64,000 nt of DNA from Anthoceros angustus (lineage: Eukaryota; Plantae; Anthocerotophyta): positions 124,001-188,000 of the forward strand of contig VJWM01000259.1 in the NCBI GenBank assembly GCA_010909165.1. Reading direction: 5' to 3'. The notes below the pieces were generated by a model. It saw only the letters and a list, made by a program, of their open reading frames with translations, had not been told where the DNA came from and did not search any database. Below are positions 59,101 to 64,000 of this stretch, one piece after another (the first letter of the stretch is position 1; every line of letters begins with the position of its first letter). Made by a program: the position numbers and the translations under genes.

Positions 59101-60000
59101 CGGCCATACACCCATCCCAATTGGATGTTATCCTCCTCGCCCATTGCGAAAATCAACCAAATCGCGGGGTTAGCTGCCGCAAAACAAGTGAATTGGGGCA
59201 TCTCGACTCACCCCTCACAGCGGTGGCCTCCACCTTCTTTCCTTTTCCTCGCGAGGAGGCCCTTGGCGGCTCCTTCCCTTGCCTTTCAGCTCGAGGCATG
59301 GTGGCGTTTTCCTTCAAGCCTGGAGGAATTACTTCCCAATTGGCAACTCAGCTTCTCTCAACCTCCTTCTCCTTGTCAGCGCAAAACCCTCAACACAATC
59401 ACGTTAGCTGATCTTCGCTGTGTAATTTCCTTTTCCTCGCGATTTCTCCTCGGGGCGGCGCCCGGCGTGGGGTGGTGGTCCTCCTTCCTCTCTCAATTTC
59501 TCACCTTCGCCTTCAAGTGCCCAGTCGCCCTTCGGCGCCTCAGCCTCGCGACTCTGCGCGCTCCTCCTTTTACAGGCTTGGGTCTCCGCTCCACGGTGTT
59601 TGGCGCCTTCCTCTTCTCCTCCTCGCTCCAGCTAGGGTTCCCTCTCCTTCTTCAGCTCGCGTGCTTAGCTCCCTTTTGCGCTCGATTCGACCGCAGCGGG
59701 GGTGGTGAGGGTGATGGCGGCTTCCTCCTCTCCACTGCCCGGCGGTCTCCGCTCCTCGTGTTTGCGCCTTCCTCTCTTCTCCTCGCTCCGGCTAGGGTTC
59801 CCTCTCCTTCCCGCGCGCTTCTCCCTTCGCTCGATTGGGCGGGCGGTGGTGATGATGGCGGCTTCCTCCTCTCCTCCTCGCTCTTCGCTCAGCTCCTTAG
59901 TTCTTGAAGTGAGCCTCGATTCGAAGGAAGTTGGCGCCCAAAACACTTTGCCCTCCTTGGATTGCGCCACAGGAGTTCCCAACCCTAGATCATTCAATCC
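56110..60000 (-). other. Degenerate coding-like region of unknown function, probably retroelement accessory ORF(s)
   Basis: Fragmented charged or coiled-coil-like minus-strand ORFs (57555-57980, 58543-58812, 58788-59201, 59665-59997); 163-bp duplication at 59581 and 59744; no domain recognised. Confidence 0.35.
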
Positions 60001-60167
60001 TAATTAATTACCTTCTAATTAATTACCTATTTTCACCTATCTCGCAACCCCATTAATTACCTTCTAATTACCTATTATTATTCCCTATTGGTGAGCATAT
60101 ATAGTGGATATCCCCTTATTCTAATTTCCTTTTAGCGAGATTTGTCGACCTACAGCGGTGACTTTCT

Positions 60168-60213
60168 CGACCTACGGCGTGTGTGGCGACCTACGGCGTG
60201 TGTGGCGACCTAC
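60168..60213. repeat. 19-bp tandem repeat CGACCTACGGCGTGTGTGG (2.4 copies)
   Basis: Read directly. Confidence 0.9.
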
Positions 60214-60360
60214 CGCCTTTCGGACCCTCACTCTGAGTCGTTTGACCCGTTCTTTTCTGGGATATCCTCTTGCCTTCCTAACAATATCCTACAACTCCAA
60301 GATTCTCGAGAAAATTTCTGGCATGCTCCTCTTCAATCGTTTTAGCCAAAAAAATCAAAC

Positions 60361-61837
60361 TTGTTTGTCTTGGCTCTTTTGTGGTTGCCCAAACTTTTAT
60401 GCTCCATGATGTCACATAAATTGAATGCAGAAGGTCACATAGCCAGGTACAAAGCTAGCCTCTGGCTAGAGCACCTCGGGTTACTCCTTCCTACGGGACG
60501 TATTTCTCCGGTTTTTTGTGCACAATCCATCTGTATTATTCTTGCCCTTGCCGCAGAATACAACATAGAATTACAACAGATGGAAGTCGCCTTCCTTCAC
60601 GGCTTTCTCGAGGAAGAGCTTTACATGGAACAGCCGGAAGGCTATGTCGACCCTGCACACCCTAATCATGTTTGCCTACTTATCAAGTGCTTGTATGGCT
60701 TAAAACAGAGTGCTGAACGATGGTATAAGAGGTGTGATACAGCCATGAAGTCCTTGGGTTTCCAACAATGCAAAGCTAACTCCAATGTGTGTGTCTTTCG
60801 AGATGGCTCTGCCTATGTCATCCTTGCTCTCTACGTTGACGATGTTATCCTTGCTGCCAGCAACCTGGATCTCCTGTCACACGTCAAGACACTCTTAAAA
60901 CAGACTTTCGAGATGATTGACAGCGGGGACCTCCTATTTGCTTAGGCATACAGGTCTTGCGGGTCAGATCTGAGGGACTTCTAATTATACACTAGGATAA
61001 ATATATTGCTGAGATCTTACACAAGTTCAACATGGGACAGCCCATCCTGTATCCACACCAGGTGCCGTAGCGGCCAAGCTTACCAGATATGAGTGCCCTG
61101 ATAGCGATGCTGATAAGTTAGATATGCAGGATGTCCCTTATCGACATGCAGTTAGCAGTTTAATCTTCATCAGCAATTGGACGCGTCCTGACATACAACA
61201 TTTTGTCAGTACTGTCTCACAGTTCTTGGAAAATCCAGGCCGTGCTCACTGGACTGCTGTCAAATGGATTTTCCGTTATCTCAAGGGCTCCCACTACATT
61301 GGTTTATGCTACAAGTGTGGAGGCCACACTCACTTGACATTGGAGGGCTTTACTGACGCAGATTGGGCCTCAGACAGTGACTCCCGCAAGAGCCTGTCGA
61401 CGTATGCTTTTCTTCTTGCTCAAGCTGCCATTAACTGGAGCTGCAAGAAGCAGACAAGTATTGCCCTGTCCAGCATAGAGGCTGAATATAAATCCTTGAT
61501 AGATGCAACTAAAGAGGTGGAATGGGAGCAATTCTTTCTTCATGACATAGGGCAGACTCAAACTGGACCCACTCACCTGTATTGTGATAACCAGTCTACT
61601 ATCGCTCTTGTTGCTAACCCTCGCTTCCACGCCCGTACCAAGCACATAGAAGTTCACCACCATTACGTTAGGGATGCTGCTGAGAGGGGGCTGGTGAAAG
61701 TTCTCTATGTGCCCATAGATAACAACACAGCAGACATCCTAACTAAGGCTTTACCTAAGGACAAGCACTCTAAACACATGCAAGGTCTTGGCTTGATGAA
61801 CTACCAACAATACTTCAAGGCCAAGGTCACGTCCTAA
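60361..61837 (+). pseudogene. pol: Ty1/copia pol fragment: RT and RNaseH, 5'-truncated, frameshifted near 60945-61030
   Basis: AFLHGFLEEELYMEQPEGY; LYGLKQSAERWY; LYVDDVI; GFTDADWA; SCKKQTSIALSSIEAEY; YCDNQS; RTKHIEV; NTADILTKAL. Confidence 0.95.
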
Positions 61838-62545
61838 AGGAGGGACGGGGGGGACTTACAGGTGAGGCCTAAGTCCTCAGATGTTATTGTTACAACAGTT
61901 TTCCAGCCTTGTGCCTTCTGTTCTTCAGATACCTACAGTCAGGAGATAGGGAGGGTTAAACATATAGAAATCAGGACAGGTGGATGAAGCTCAACGTTCT
62001 TTCCAATCACCTAGACGTTGGTTGATCATTTCTCCTCCTCCTGCTTCCTCCTTAGTCTCTGAAGGAGCTTCTCTACCTCCCGGAGTGGCTTCAGGAGACT
62101 GGCTTCGTCATCGACATCCTTCGGCTGCTCCCAATTCTCATTGTCCTTCACAGGCTTACTCCAGCAGAGGCTCACGTCAAGTGAAATTCTGAACCCACCG
62201 ATGGTGACGCTGGAACCAAGCAGATGGCGTTCGTCCCACTCTTCAGCATGATGCTGGACATGGCGCAGCTTCCGTGGCCTGCCTCTCCCACTCTTTACCT
62301 ACTCACGTACAGGGCTCACCGCCCTCTTGCCTCTGGTCTCAAGCCTGGACGTCATCACAATCACCAGGATTCTCAGCCCTTGAACGCAAGCGTAAGCAGC
62401 AGCGAGGAACACAGCGTAGGCCGAGGCGATATTTGTAGCCATCTCGCCACTGCGCACTGGCGCCGGTAGTTGGCGATTTGATTACGCCGCTCGCTCCCTG
62501 TGGATTGCCCGTTGTCTGATGCTCTTCTCTAAGCTCGTTTCGCTT

Positions 62546-62769
62546 AAGGGAGGGTGTTACGGGTTGAGTAATCTTACCTCGCTTAGGGTTAATCTGGCTA
62601 GGTTAATTAGGAGAAGGTTATTTATCCAAAGGACACTAAGTGAAGGGTTGCTTAGATGTTTAGTATATAAGACCAACTAGGACACTACTTTTCATTCATT
62701 GTTTTTATGCTCTTAATAAGAATATGCTTCTTCTTCCTCTTGCACTTTGACCATGGTTCAAACCGAACA
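62546..62769 (+). repeat. PPT plus putative short copia 3' LTR (62555 to ~62769)
   Basis: AAGGGAGGG is followed by TGTTAC; internal TATATAA; possible end AACA at 62766-62769. No partner LTR in the window. Confidence 0.5.
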
Positions 62770-63105
62770 GATCACCTGGATGGAGCGCCGAGAGAGCAGC
62801 CTCCACATTCGAGTCATGGGGCACCGCCGAATGTGCGCGCACATCTACCACCAGCTCACACCCCGACCTTGATCATGCGCAAGGTGTTGGAGACTCCTTT
62901 GATCTCCCTCCAGGACATGGGAGTTGAGCGTGCTCGATGCCAAGTGTCTTGGGCTTGGCAATTTGAAGCTTCCACGGCTGTCCTAGACTCGGATCGGAGA
63001 GTCCATGGGACACTCTAGTCCCATACTGGACAAAGCCGGTGGATCCCATGGGCAGCCTCACCGACGCCAGTCAGAGTTGCCACCACCACCATCGACCATG
63101 TTACG

Positions 63106-63723
63106 ATGGTGGTGGTGAGGGCGGCTGCCCACAACCATGAGGAGGGCCAGCCACTTGGAGGGCATATGCGCGCCTATGCGTCCCAGCGTGGAGTACTGAG
63201 CACCTTCGTGATTCAGCCCACCAATCGCATGAATGTGCGAGTGAGCAATGCCATGGTGGACAATAGGGAAGGCCATGTCACGGTGAATGGTTATGCTCCC
63301 AAGCTTGTGCTCTTGGACACGGGGGCACAGCCCGTGATCATTGGCAAGGCTCTGGCCACCACGTCGAACTTGCAGGGAACGGCACTCCGCCATTCACCTT
63401 GGAACATCAGGACAGCCTCTTGCGCTGTGGAACCTGTGTGTGGAGAGATCACCACCGCCATCACGCTCAATCCGGGATAAGCCATGACATTGGCCATTCA
63501 TTGCCTTGTCACGGCAGCTGCTAATTACGATGTCCTTCTCGGACAGGAGGTTTTGTTCCCATCCGCCATCAGCGTGGACAATTGGACAAAGCAAGCTCAC
63601 TATCGCCTCGATTGGCATAGTGGAGGTCAGCAAGGGGCGCACTTTCCCTTGAATCTGCATGGCGGATTGGACACCGAGGCAGCCATTGTCCTAACTACTC
63701 TAGTCCTTATGGCGACCATTTAG
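63106..63723 (+). pseudogene. Retropepsin-like aspartic protease fragment of another retroelement
   Basis: VLLDTGAQPVIIG (ORF 63106-63480), a TAA stop, then HCLVTAAANYDVLLGQEVL (ORF 63484-63723) in the same frame. Confidence 0.75.
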
Positions 63724-64000
63724 GCTGTCCCCGAGGTGCTCCTTGCCGACAGCCAGCATTTGAGTGACATGCTGGAGCTTGCCGACTTGGATCCAGATCA
63801 AGAGGCCGAACATTTGGTCACAGCAGCCTGCCTAGAAGACACTCCACCATCATTCGAACTGTCCGACCTGGTTCAGTGAAGCTCTTCCACGAGTGTAGCA
63901 AGCTCTGCAGCTTCAGCACTCCCCCTTGGGCGAACAAGCACCTTCCACCACGGTGAGCCAGCAGATCATCACGTGGACGGTGCCCACTTCTGACATTACT

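Noticed and set aside
59965-59974. Telomere repeat (AAACCCTAG here; CTAGGGTTT near 10031 and 18027)
   Set aside because: Isolated single motifs, not arrays.

Overview
This is repeat-only eukaryotic DNA, probably from a plant or streptophyte alga (inferred from the element families and a PBS matching plant tRNA-Asp). I found no host gene, RNA gene or CRISPR array. Positions 1-50806 hold a head-to-tail array of a Penelope-like retroelement (PLE). A ~4.05-kb core carries a CxC linker plus a PLE-type RT (ADITRCYEAIP, PMGFSCSPLWCNLY, RYIDD), resembling the Naiad/Chlamys clade, but I cannot see a GIY-YIG endonuclease. Cores alternate with a 3.5-5.3-kb non-coding block U in the order U-core-U-U-core-U-U-core-U, and every junction is a (CTAT)n tract. 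Core 1 is split just after YIDD by a 10.65-kb Ty3/gypsy element (TSD TGGCT; two LTRs, gag and protease, no RT/RNaseH/integrase core). Positions 50807-64000 are nested LTR-element debris: a + strand gypsy pol fused to an inverted integrase fragment, a minus-strand LTR with PBS-Asp, an unexplained minus-strand ORF region, a copia RT-RNaseH and a retropepsin fragment. Caveat: copies differ mostly by small indels and by microhomology-bounded duplications. This could be biology, noisy or mis-assembled long-read consensus, or non-natural sequence, so frames and copy numbers need read-level checks. Coordinates were read by eye.
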